A stretch of 64,000 nucleotides of DNA from Candidatus Poribacteria bacterium (GTDB lineage Bacteria > Poribacteria > WGA-4E > PCPOR2b). Positions 55,465-64,000 of the stretch are shown piece after piece (position 1 is the stretch's first letter; each line of letters opens with the position of its first letter). The position numbers were made by a program, and so were the translations under genes. A model generated the notes under the pieces. That model saw nothing but the letters and a program-made list of their open reading frames with translations. It had not been told where the DNA came from and made no database searches. The stretch lies in assembly GCA_965198175.1 (NCBI GenBank), contig OZ240245.1, forward strand, positions 2,496,001-2,560,000, given 5' to 3'.

Positions 55465-56874
55465 TCATCCCCCACCCAAGCGTTGCATCAACTCTTTCCG
55501 TGTTATGGGTTGGGCGAGATCCATCAGGTAAATCTGGAAGACATCGCTTCGATCCGATACGAACGCGAGCTTGGTCCCGTCGGGCGAAAGCGCAGGCTGC
55601 ATGGCAACACCGATTCCGTTGGTAATGCGCCGTTCGTTTGTCCCATCTGCGTCCATCATGTAAATCTCCAAATCCCCGTCCCGTGCCGACACAAAAACAA
55701 TCACGCTCCCATCCGACGAAACGACGGGGCTATAACAATCGTAGGGATTCGGGTTCAGATGCCTTTCATCGCTACCATCTATGTTCACTGTGTAAATCTG
55801 ATGCACTCTGTCCCGCCAGTGACCGCGTGAGGACACAAATGCAAGCCGTTGTCCGTCGGGACAGAAGCTAGGGCTGCCATCGTCCACTTCGTTAAGCGTG
55901 ATGGGGCTCGGTTCAATCGCATTTGGATCGATGGTTTCAAGGTCTATCCCGCCAAGCTTTAGGGAATACAGTTCTAGGTTTCCGTCGCTGTTGGATTCAT
56001 AAGCCACTCGCCGCCTATCCGCCGATACACACGGCGCCCGCACGCCGAATCCGATAGGCAAAAGCTCCTGCGTCACTTTGCTATAGATATGGGTCACAGA
56101 AAACCCCGCGTATGTTTTCGTTGAACCGCTGCTTTGGAGTAAAAGTTTGACTTCCCGTGTTGTTCTCGGCTCGCGGCTGTAGAGCACATAATGTGGATTG
56201 CTGAGGAACACCGGAGAACTCTCATTGAAATCAGCCGTGAAAGTGACTCGCTGGAGGATGCGACCGTTGAGATCCATCAAGTAAATGTCGCCGTTATCTG
56301 CTCGATACGCAGCAAACGCGATTTGCGAACCATCAGGTGAAAAGGCTGGTGAATAGCTGTCTTTTTCGCCTTTTGTCAGTTGCACTACTTTGTAGGAATC
56401 ACCCAATAGTCCCCCGACCTCTTGCAATATCAGGTTGTCAGAAGTAGAGCGAACAATCGCCCGCAGCTCATTAAATTCCGCCCGCCGATTACCTAATTTC
56501 AGATAGATTTTTGCCAACCGAAGCCGAACCTGCACCCGACGCTCCGGTTGCGCCGAATACAGATTAATCGCTATTTTCCCGTGGGCAATCGCTTCATCGT
56601 ACTGTCCTAATCCCTCATACGCCTCTCCAAGCAAGTCGTATACCTTGGGTTTCCGATTATCTTGCGCGATAGCCTCCTCCAGTAAACTGATTGCGTCTGT
56701 GTACATGCCTGAGCGAATGTGCTCCTCAATTTGCTGAAGGGATCTGTCGTCGCTAACGCAACCGACGGTGATGAGGACAGCCATCAACGCGATATTTAAA
56801 ATCTGACATTTAATGCATAATGTGCATTGCACATTGCGGATTGCGGGAATGAGCTGAAATTTAAAGTGTCGCAT
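55465..56874 (-). CDS. TPR + TolB-like (PD40 repeat) lipoprotein
   Basis: Lipobox-like TVGC, TPRs, repeated SPDGxxLAFVS-R and EIYMMDADG. Start is uncertain. Confidence 0.85.
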   Translation of the reverse strand: MRHFKFQLIPAIRNVQCTLCIKCQILNIALMAVLITVGCVSDDRSLQQIEEHIRSGMYTDAISLLEEAIAQDNRKPKVYDLLGEAYEGLGQYDEAIAHGKIAINLYSAQPERRVQVRLRLAKIYLKLGNRRAEFNELRAIVRSTSDNLILQEVGGLLGDSYKVVQLTKGEKDSYSPAFSPDGSQIAFAAYRADNGDIYLMDLNGRILQRVTFTADFNESSPVFLSNPHYVLYSREPRTTREVKLLLQSSGSTKTYAGFSVTHIYSKVTQELLPIGFGVRAPCVSADRRRVAYESNSDGNLELYSLKLGGIDLETIDPNAIEPSPITLNEVDDGSPSFCPDGQRLAFVSSRGHWRDRVHQIYTVNIDGSDERHLNPNPYDCYSPVVSSDGSVIVFVSARDGDLEIYMMDADGTNERRITNGIGVAMQPALSPDGTKLAFVSDRSDVFQIYLMDLAQPITRKELMQRLGGG

Positions 56875-56982
56875 TGAGTTTTCTGAGAGTATAAACTGAT
56901 AAGGTAATTTGCTGCTACTATGAAAAAGGTATCAACCGACCAATGAACCGTCCCCTGTGGTTCTAAGTGTTTATGACTAACG

Positions 56983-57014
56983 AAAAAGAGGGACATTCAA
57001 GCGAACGCCCCTCT
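56983..57014 (-). terminator. Intrinsic terminator after mnmA
   Basis: AGAGGGGCGTTC-GCTT-GAATGTCCCTCT followed by a T-run on the minus strand. Confidence 0.65.
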
Positions 57015-57045
57015 CCTATTCACACGTTGGTGATGAATGTCATGG

Positions 57046-58131
57046 TCAAGTAATCCATCCACCGCCGATCACCATGTCCCCATCATAGAACACCGCAGCT
57101 TGCCCCGGTGTTATAGCGCGACGCGGTCGGTCGAACTTGACCTCAGCTTCTGTATCGCTCAGTGGGGTAATTGTCGCTGGGGCCCCATCATCCTTGGAAC
57201 GAATCTTTACGTGAGCATCGATTGGCTCAGTTAGGGTATCCATCGCGATGAGATTCATCCGATCAACCTGCATCGTGTCCCGCAAGAGACTGGCTTCCTC
57301 GCCAACCACAATTGTGTTGTTGTGAATATTCACTTCGGTGACATAGAGCGGTGTACCAGTTGCAATGCCTAATCCTCGGCGCTGCCCAACTGTGTAGAAG
57401 GGAACCCCCCGATGTTTGCCGAGCACCTTGCCTTCTTGATTGTTAATCTCTCCATCCTGAATATTGTCAGTCGCCCAATCTTTTAGGTAGCGTCTGTAGT
57501 TGCCATCTGCTACGAAACATAACTCCTGACTCTCAATCCTCTCCGCACTCCTCAATTTGTATTTCCGTGCAATGGCTCTCACCTGATTCTTCTGGAATCC
57601 ACCGAGTGGCATGCGCGACTGACTCAGTTGCTTCTGTGTCAAGGCAAACAAGAAGTAAGACTGATCTTTACGTGAATCGACGCCTTTTCGAAGGAGGAAA
57701 CGTCCGGTATCGGGGTTCTGTTCAATTCTGGCATAATGCCCAGTCGCAATGTAGGCCGCCTCCAAATGCGATGCTAGATTGAGGAGTTTGCCGAACTTCA
57801 CCTCGCGATTACAAACAACACACGGATTCGGCGTCCGTCCAGAAAGGTATTCGTCGATGAAGTAATCAATGACGTGTTGACGGAACTGCTCCTCATAATT
57901 GACCGCATAGAACGGTATACCCAATTGCATTGCAACGCGGCGCGCGTCTTCTACAACGTCGAGTGAAACACAATTTGGCTTATCTGTCTCCACCTCAATT
58001 GTGTCCTGGGTGCCGAGCCGCATCGTAACTCCGATAACGTCATAGCCCGCCTCAATCATCAATGCCGCCGTCACAGAACTGTCAACGCCGCCACTCATCG
58101 CTGCGACAACTCTCACACTCAATGTAATCAC
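57046..58131 (-). CDS. mnmA: tRNA 2-thiouridylase MnmA
   Basis: AMSGGVDSS, TPNPCVVCN, ATGHYA, KDQSYFL, YTVGQRRG, TPGQ. Confidence 0.97.
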   Translation of the reverse strand: MITLSVRVVAAMSGGVDSSVTAALMIEAGYDVIGVTMRLGTQDTIEVETDKPNCVSLDVVEDARRVAMQLGIPFYAVNYEEQFRQHVIDYFIDEYLSGRTPNPCVVCNREVKFGKLLNLASHLEAAYIATGHYARIEQNPDTGRFLLRKGVDSRKDQSYFLFALTQKQLSQSRMPLGGFQKNQVRAIARKYKLRSAERIESQELCFVADGNYRRYLKDWATDNIQDGEINNQEGKVLGKHRGVPFYTVGQRRGLGIATGTPLYVTEVNIHNNTIVVGEEASLLRDTMQVDRMNLIAMDTLTEPIDAHVKIRSKDDGAPATITPLSDTEAEVKFDRPRRAITPGQAAVFYDGDMVIGGGWIT

Positions 58132-58313
58132 CTGATTTCGACGATTTTCGCTCTAGCCGCACGACGGCAGCAACACGTTTATGTGTCTTAAACCTCACCT
58201 GCAAAATCGTTCTAGGACGTGAGCATAACAAGCGTACGGATTCAAAGGGTAATGTCATACAGGCAGGTAATGATTTAACGCTTCTACGCCTGAACTCGTG
58301 TCAGCTCCAAATT

Positions 58314-60044
58314 TCAACACGCCCCACATTTTTTACACACGGCAGTATCACACGAGCTTGTCATGAATCCCTTCTGATGTTTGTTGTGTTCGAGACGCAA
58401 AAAGTCCGGGATGACATTCAGGTCGAGGTGATCCCACGGATTGAACTCGTCAAGCGAGCGAGGACGGAGCGCATAGAAATCGGGGTCCAAGCCATGTTCG
58501 TCAAAGGCACGCTTCCATGACTTACCTCTTGAAAGATCCAATATGACCGGCCCAAGCCGTCGATCACCGCGTGCAAAAACCGCTTCCTGATAGGCGAGAC
58601 GAGCACTTGCTGAAGACACTTTCATCCCACCTAATCGACCAATCTCATTTTTCAGAAACATCAGTTTTCGAGAGATAGTCTTTGAATCTTCCATTGCTAC
58701 CCACTGGAAGGGGGTGTGCGGTTTGGGAACCATAGGGGAAATTGTGAAGCTAATTCGTGCCATTCGTCCACATCTTTTTGCATGAGGCAGCAGGATGGAT
58801 CTCATCTCCTTTGCCATATCCACAATCGCTTCAACATCAGTCGGGGTTTCGTAAGGCACACCGATGAGGAAATATAGGCGGAGGTTGAGGATGTTTCGCT
58901 TTAATGCTTCTTCAAACACATGATACAACCGTTCACGTGGGATGGCTTTATTGACAACCTTCTGAAGATTTTCGGTGGCGACTTCAGGGGCAATTGTGAT
59001 TGTACCTTGTTCACTTTCAGCGAGTGCGTCCAGCAACGGTGCCCGGACCGTCTCAGCCCGGAGCGAAGCACAAGAAATCCGAAACCCTCGATCAACCAAG
59101 CCTGTGGCGATTTCATCGATCTGTGGGTGATCTGAAATCGAAGCGCCAACCAAGCCAACGCGATTCGTGATGCCGCTCGCCTGTTCCGCAAGTTGTAGGG
59201 TGTTTTCTAGAGACCGGTGCCGAGGCCACCGGCGCGCATAGTCAGCAACACAGAATCGGCATTGCCGACCACAGCCCCGCACAATCTCAATCAGATGGGC
59301 GTTGGAGAACTCTGTCTCAGGTGTGAAGATCTTCGTGCAGGTTTCAACGTGATCGAGGTTCGGGATGGCGGTGGCGGTTACTTTTGTGGAAGCAGGGGAG
59401 CTTGCCTGAATGGCTTTAATTTTGCCATCATCTTTGTAGCTGACTTCGTAGAAGCGTGGGACATAAAGGCCGGGGATGGTTGCAAGCGCATGTAATAGGT
59501 CATCTTTGGACGCTGAACTTGCGTTCCACTCCCCGAAACTATCCATTAGATGTTGGATTGTCAGCTCAGCTTCGCCGACGACGAAGACATCGATAAAATC
59601 TGCAATCGGTTCGGGGTTATAGGCGATATTGATGCCGCCTGCGATAATCAGCGGATGGGTTTCCGCCCTATCGACAGCAAGCGGGGGAATTTTCGCAGTC
59701 TCCAAGGCGAGGGGAATATTGACATAATCCGACTCAAATGAAACGGAAAACCCAACCAACTCGAATTGGTTCAGCTGTGTCTGCGTTTCAAATGAAAAGA
59801 GTGAAGTCCCGCTCCGTTTGAGTTTATCGAGGGTATGTGCCTCGGGAATGAATGCACGCTCGCAAGCAGTATCTTCACGGCGGTTCAATGTGTCGTAAAT
59901 CACTTGAACCCCAAGACTGGACATCCCAAGATAATACGTGCTGGGATAGATCAAGGCGAACCGAATCGCTTTCCTGAAATTGAAGCGAGGACGATGCTCT
60001 CTATCCAGCAGATTTCTGTACGTTTGGCGCAAGTCGTGTCGCAT
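58314..60044 (-). CDS. B12-binding-type radical SAM protein
   Basis: YYLGMSSLG, NPEP.ADF, RGCGRQCRFC, PKPHTPFQW, C-terminal Cys cluster. Confidence 0.88.
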   Translation of the reverse strand: MRHDLRQTYRNLLDREHRPRFNFRKAIRFALIYPSTYYLGMSSLGVQVIYDTLNRREDTACERAFIPEAHTLDKLKRSGTSLFSFETQTQLNQFELVGFSVSFESDYVNIPLALETAKIPPLAVDRAETHPLIIAGGINIAYNPEPIADFIDVFVVGEAELTIQHLMDSFGEWNASSASKDDLLHALATIPGLYVPRFYEVSYKDDGKIKAIQASSPASTKVTATAIPNLDHVETCTKIFTPETEFSNAHLIEIVRGCGRQCRFCVADYARRWPRHRSLENTLQLAEQASGITNRVGLVGASISDHPQIDEIATGLVDRGFRISCASLRAETVRAPLLDALAESEQGTITIAPEVATENLQKVVNKAIPRERLYHVFEEALKRNILNLRLYFLIGVPYETPTDVEAIVDMAKEMRSILLPHAKRCGRMARISFTISPMVPKPHTPFQWVAMEDSKTISRKLMFLKNEIGRLGGMKVSSASARLAYQEAVFARGDRRLGPVILDLSRGKSWKRAFDEHGLDPDFYALRPRSLDEFNPWDHLDLNVIPDFLRLEHNKHQKGFMTSSCDTAVCKKCGAC

Positions 60045-60074
60045 GCTAATCGCTTCTTTCGGCTTTAGAAAGGC

Positions 60075-61271
60075 CTACTTTTTGTCTTTTGAGCCACGCA
60101 AGCGGATGAATGTCGGAACATCCCACTGATCTTCGGTGTTTTCGGAAGCATCAGATTTATCGGGTTTGCCAGTAGGGCGTTGAGTGGAGCGGTCCGGCTG
60201 ACGGGTTTGATCTCCTCCTAGAAACTTACCACCAAGAATCTGTTCTAAATTCATTACTTCGCCGCCTCCTGGCCCAGAATTCTTGCCAGTTTTGATATTG
60301 GTGTCAAATCCTGTAGCAATCACCGTTACATGCAACTCATCTTCCAAGTCATCATTATAAGCAAGTCCGAAAATTAATTGATCGGTATCCGAGGAATTTC
60401 TAATCACCTCCATGGCACCCTCCAACTCATGCATCATCATATCGGAGGGACCTGTGATATTCACGATGATTCCCGATGCACCTTCAATCGAACTCTCTTC
60501 CAATAACTGTGAGGAGATGGCATGTTGCGCCGCAATCTGGGCACGATTATCCCCTGATGCAAAACCAATTCCCATCAATGCCCCTCCGGAGTCAGACATA
60601 ATCGTTTTGACGTCAGCAAAATCAAGATTAATCTCACCCGGCACCATGATGAGATCCGAGATACTCTGGACAGCGTGAAGTAGAACCTGATCGCCCATAC
60701 GAAAAGCCAAACGAATGGGTAGTTTTCGATCTACTTGCTCAATCAGACGTTGGTTTGGAATAACAATGACGGAATCAGCGCATTCCTGAATATTTCTTAT
60801 GCCTTCTTCTGCTTGGACGGCTCGTTTGCTGCCTTCAAAGTCAAATGGACGAGTCATGACGCCGATAGTCAATGCCCCACTTTCCTTAGCGAGACTAGCA
60901 ATAACCGGGGCTGCTCCTGTACCGGTTCCGCCACCCATTCCAGCGGTCACGAAAACCATGTCTGCCCCTTCAACAATGCTCTTCAGCTTGTCTTTATCCT
61001 CTTCAGCAGCTTTGCGTCCTTTTTCCGGATCTGCCCCCGCACCAAGCCCACTCGTAGTGTTGATACCTACTTGTACCCTTGTTGTGTTATGGCATGTTCT
61101 TAGAGCTTGGAGATCCGTGTTGACGACATAAAATTCTACGCCAGACAATTCTGCTTCAATCATGCGCTTGACAGCGTTGCTTCCTCCACCACCAACGCCA
61201 ATAACCTTAATGCGCGCTAAGTCTTCAAATTCTTCCTGTTCAAATTCAATCATGTTAATTTCGATTACCAT
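60075..61271 (-). CDS. ftsZ: Cell division protein FtsZ
   Basis: GVGGGGSNA, GMGGGTGTG, INLDFADV, C-terminal DVPTFIR. Confidence 0.97.
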   Translation of the reverse strand: MVIEINMIEFEQEEFEDLARIKVIGVGGGGSNAVKRMIEAELSGVEFYVVNTDLQALRTCHNTTRVQVGINTTSGLGAGADPEKGRKAAEEDKDKLKSIVEGADMVFVTAGMGGGTGTGAAPVIASLAKESGALTIGVMTRPFDFEGSKRAVQAEEGIRNIQECADSVIVIPNQRLIEQVDRKLPIRLAFRMGDQVLLHAVQSISDLIMVPGEINLDFADVKTIMSDSGGALMGIGFASGDNRAQIAAQHAISSQLLEESSIEGASGIIVNITGPSDMMMHELEGAMEVIRNSSDTDQLIFGLAYNDDLEDELHVTVIATGFDTNIKTGKNSGPGGGEVMNLEQILGGKFLGGDQTRQPDRSTQRPTGKPDKSDASENTEDQWDVPTFIRLRGSKDKK

Positions 61272-61485
61272 TTATCAATTTCAGTAATCTAATTCCTCCT
61301 TTGTCTTGCACCTCACGAGATAGATAAGACTTGTAAACATGCCAGATAATATAGATTCGTAAATCAATAAGTTGTCGGAGATACAGATTTCATGCAGGCT
61401 TGAGGGTATTCCAGCTTACTTCGGATGAACTCCAGAGACTTAACCACAACCGGACTCCTCCCAACTGTCCTAGAATACACTAGAG

Positions 61486-61514
61486 ATTATAAATTACTAC
61501 TCAGTTAAAGTCAA
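61486..61514 (-). promoter_or_regulatory. Sigma70-like promoter upstream of ftsZ
   Basis: TTGACT-N17-TATAAT on the minus strand. Confidence 0.6.
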
Positions 61515-61597
61515 TGATTTTTTTGGCAATTTGTTGTGCATGGTTCATAAACACAAGTCGGTCAAGATAGGAGTTTAGCATGTGTTGCCCTGATAGG

Positions 61598-62491
61598 TTA
61601 TATCAAATTATTTTTCTTCAGGGGGTTGGCTAAGATTTGAATTATCTCTATGAGGTTAAAATAGGAGTTCCGATCTTCGGGCACGGGATTCACGGGGAGT
61701 GTTTCGTCAACAAAGCGATATATGTCCGCGGCACCCGCTAAGATTTTGGGTGTTAAACCGACATGTGCAAACGTTGCCGAAATTTCCTCCATTTCACCAA
61801 TCCAACGCTGGGATTTCGGCGGCATCATCGGCACGATTCGTTCCATACGTTCAAACAGTGCGGATTGGCTCATTTGAAGTTCTGTCTTGAGCGCTTCTAG
61901 GACACCCATGACCTCCGCAGCGGTTAGGAGTTCCGTGCAAAGTGCTGTTAACCCTTTCGTCAACGATGCATAGCACATCTTGATTGCTGAAGCTAGACCG
62001 ATTTCCTCGCCGAGTGATCGCACATCCAGTCCAAACTGATTTAACGTTTCAAAGGTGTTGACATGAGGACCTGAGGCATAAAAACGCGTCGAGCCTTTGT
62101 TTCTGGGTGGAGGTCCGATAATCGAGGCATCAACAAAGCGCCCTCCTGCGCTGGTGATGATTTCTCCGATTCTACAAACGGTCTCCGGGGAAATCGCATT
62201 GCAATCGGCATAGATGAGGTCTGTGTTAGTTTCAGCAAGTGCGTGTGCCACTTTTTGAGCAGCGTGCTCCGCTTGAGCGGGGGGCAGAATCGACAAAATA
62301 ATGTCAGCGTCGCATACAAGCGCCTGATATGTCGGTACGTCAGCGATATCGGCACGCGCCGCCAAGGCTCGCGTGCGCTTTCTCCTCCCCTGCAAACATG
62401 TAATCACATTCAAATCATATGAACCCAGTACACGCCCGACGATATGCCCCATATCACCAGGGCTGAGAATACCTATGGTATTCAACGACAT
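61598..62491 (-). CDS. NAD(P)-dependent oxidoreductase with DUF1932-like C-terminus
   Basis: GILSPGDMG, DCNAISP, ASAIKMCYA, RWIGEMEEI. Confidence 0.85.
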   Translation of the reverse strand: MSLNTIGILSPGDMGHIVGRVLGSYDLNVITCLQGRRKRTRALAARADIADVPTYQALVCDADIILSILPPAQAEHAAQKVAHALAETNTDLIYADCNAISPETVCRIGEIITSAGGRFVDASIIGPPPRNKGSTRFYASGPHVNTFETLNQFGLDVRSLGEEIGLASAIKMCYASLTKGLTALCTELLTAAEVMGVLEALKTELQMSQSALFERMERIVPMMPPKSQRWIGEMEEISATFAHVGLTPKILAGAADIYRFVDETLPVNPVPEDRNSYFNLIEIIQILANPLKKNNLI

Positions 62492-62773
62492 GATGTCAAT
62501 CTCCTTGTTCAACTCCTGCATCTGGTTCTGACAGGTGTTTTTGTGAAGATGTACCTGCTTTCATCAACGGATACGTTCCAACTTACCGTTCACGCTTTTG
62601 GAACAAAAAGCGCATGCTATCTTCACACTTCTGACGAATGTCCGACTTGGGTATTATTTCGCTAATGCCGTGTTTACCCTTTCCGCCCGATGCGATCATA
62701 TGGTTTCCATCAAGTGCCCTCCGTCAATCGCGCGATGGCTCTTCGGTTGTATTTCTTGCTTTCCCACTGTTGT

Positions 62774-64000
62774 CTACAAATTGTATAACTCCCCGTACTT
62801 TGTTCGTAGATAGCGAATGTACGGCGCGATGCTCAAGGGTCCGCCAGCAACACGCTCAATAAGTTCAGGTGCGGTGTATTTGCGTCCATGTTGGTAAATG
62901 TTTTCCTTAAGCCATTTATACAGAGTGTAAAACTCGGCAGCTTCGATTTCTGTCGTAATCTCTGGGTGTGCGTGCAGTGCTGTTTCGAAGAACTGCGCAC
63001 CCAGGATGTTGCCGAGCGTGTAACCTTGGAAGTTGCCGCCAATAACGTCCATGTACCAATGTACATCTTGCAGCACGCCATCGCGGTCGTTTGGTGGAAC
63101 AATGCCGAGGTCAGCTTCGAATCGCTCGCGCCACGCCTCGGGAAGATCGGACACAATGAGATTTCCCTCAAGTAAATCAAGTTCGAAATCGAAGCGCATC
63201 ATGACGTGCAGGTTATAGGTTACTTCATCGGCATCTGTGCGAATTAGCGATCGCGCAACCTTGTTAATTGCGCGGTAGAAAGTCTCCAACGGCGTCGCGT
63301 TCAGTTGTTTCGGAAAGCTTGCTTGCAGTTTCGGATAGAAATACTTCCAGAAACTCTTGCTGCGCCCAACGATATTCTCCCAAAGACGAGATTGGCTCTC
63401 ATGGACGCTTGCTGAGGTTCCACGCGCAAGCGGCGTCCCCTCAAGTTCCATGCGAATGCCCTGTTCATACAGCGCATGTCCCGCCTCGTGCATCGTGCTA
63501 AAGAGCGCTTCATTCAGGTTATTTTCCCTAACCCGGGTGGTAATGCGGACATCACCTAGCGAAAATTTCGTCATAAACGGGTGGTGGGTTTTGTCTTGCC
63601 GTCCACGATTGGAGTCATATCCAAAGCGCTTGATGACATCAACCCCGAAATCTAACTGTTGTGACTCAATGTATATCTTGCGCAAGCAAGAATCATCCGC
63701 ATCGGACTGACTAGCAATCGCCTCCACTATCGGTACAAGCTCCTCTCGCAACTCCGCAAAAATGGCACGCACCATCGAAGCTCTCATGCCGTTATCTGAA
63801 AAGTCGATCAAGGGGTCAGCGATGTGCTCGTAACCGGGGAAGAATTCGGATAGTTGTCGGCTCAAATCCAGCGTCTTTTCGAGATAAGGTTGTACAGCGG
63901 CGAAGTCGTTCGCTGGCCTAGCCTTTGTCCAAGCCTGATAGGATGCGGACCCGTGGCTAGAGAGTTCAGCGACAAACGATGGCGGTACTTTTACTGCTCT
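62774..64000 (-). CDS. M32-family carboxypeptidase (5' end outside the window)
   Basis: HPF, DVRITTR, HEAGHALYEQG, HESQS, LQDVHW. Frame stays open to the window edge. Confidence 0.95.
   Translation of the reverse strand, partial: RAVKVPPSFVAELSSHGSASYQAWTKARPANDFAAVQPYLEKTLDLSRQLSEFFPGYEHIADPLIDFSDNGMRASMVRAIFAELREELVPIVEAIASQSDADDSCLRKIYIESQQLDFGVDVIKRFGYDSNRGRQDKTHHPFMTKFSLGDVRITTRVRENNLNEALFSTMHEAGHALYEQGIRMELEGTPLARGTSASVHESQSRLWENIVGRSKSFWKYFYPKLQASFPKQLNATPLETFYRAINKVARSLIRTDADEVTYNLHVMMRFDFELDLLEGNLIVSDLPEAWRERFEADLGIVPPNDRDGVLQDVHWYMDVIGGNFQGYTLGNILGAQFFETALHAHPEITTEIEAAEFYTLYKWLKENIYQHGRKYTAPELIERVAGGPLSIAPYIRYLRTKYGELYNL

Overview
Bacterial chromosomal window, most consistent with Candidatus Poribacteria or a relative. 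This is inferred from four PhyH-type dioxygenases, five LamG proteins ending in KLAxxWxxLK, a DUF6785-type membrane protein and FG-GAP/TPR expansions. Housekeeping genes (KamA family, gpmI, stand-alone EF-G, tandem tmk pair, aroC, leuS, rnj, mnmA, ftsZ) are interleaved with accessory blocks. The best lead is an FG-GAP/ASPIC-UnbV lipoprotein gene (37660-40065) broken only by one in-frame TGA that is followed by a bacterial-SECIS-like hairpin, making it a candidate selenoprotein. It lies with a desaturase and a PhyH gene between two nearly identical LamG gene copies. Other leads are a nuclease/SeqA-like gene bracketed by a duplicated ABC-transporter 3' end, a shared C-terminal motif on the LamG proteins, a PhyH lacking the carboxylate ligand, a probable ATC start codon and several pseudogenes. 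No rRNA, tRNA, CRISPR array, integrase or transposase was seen. All family calls come from motif recognition by eye; no searches were run.
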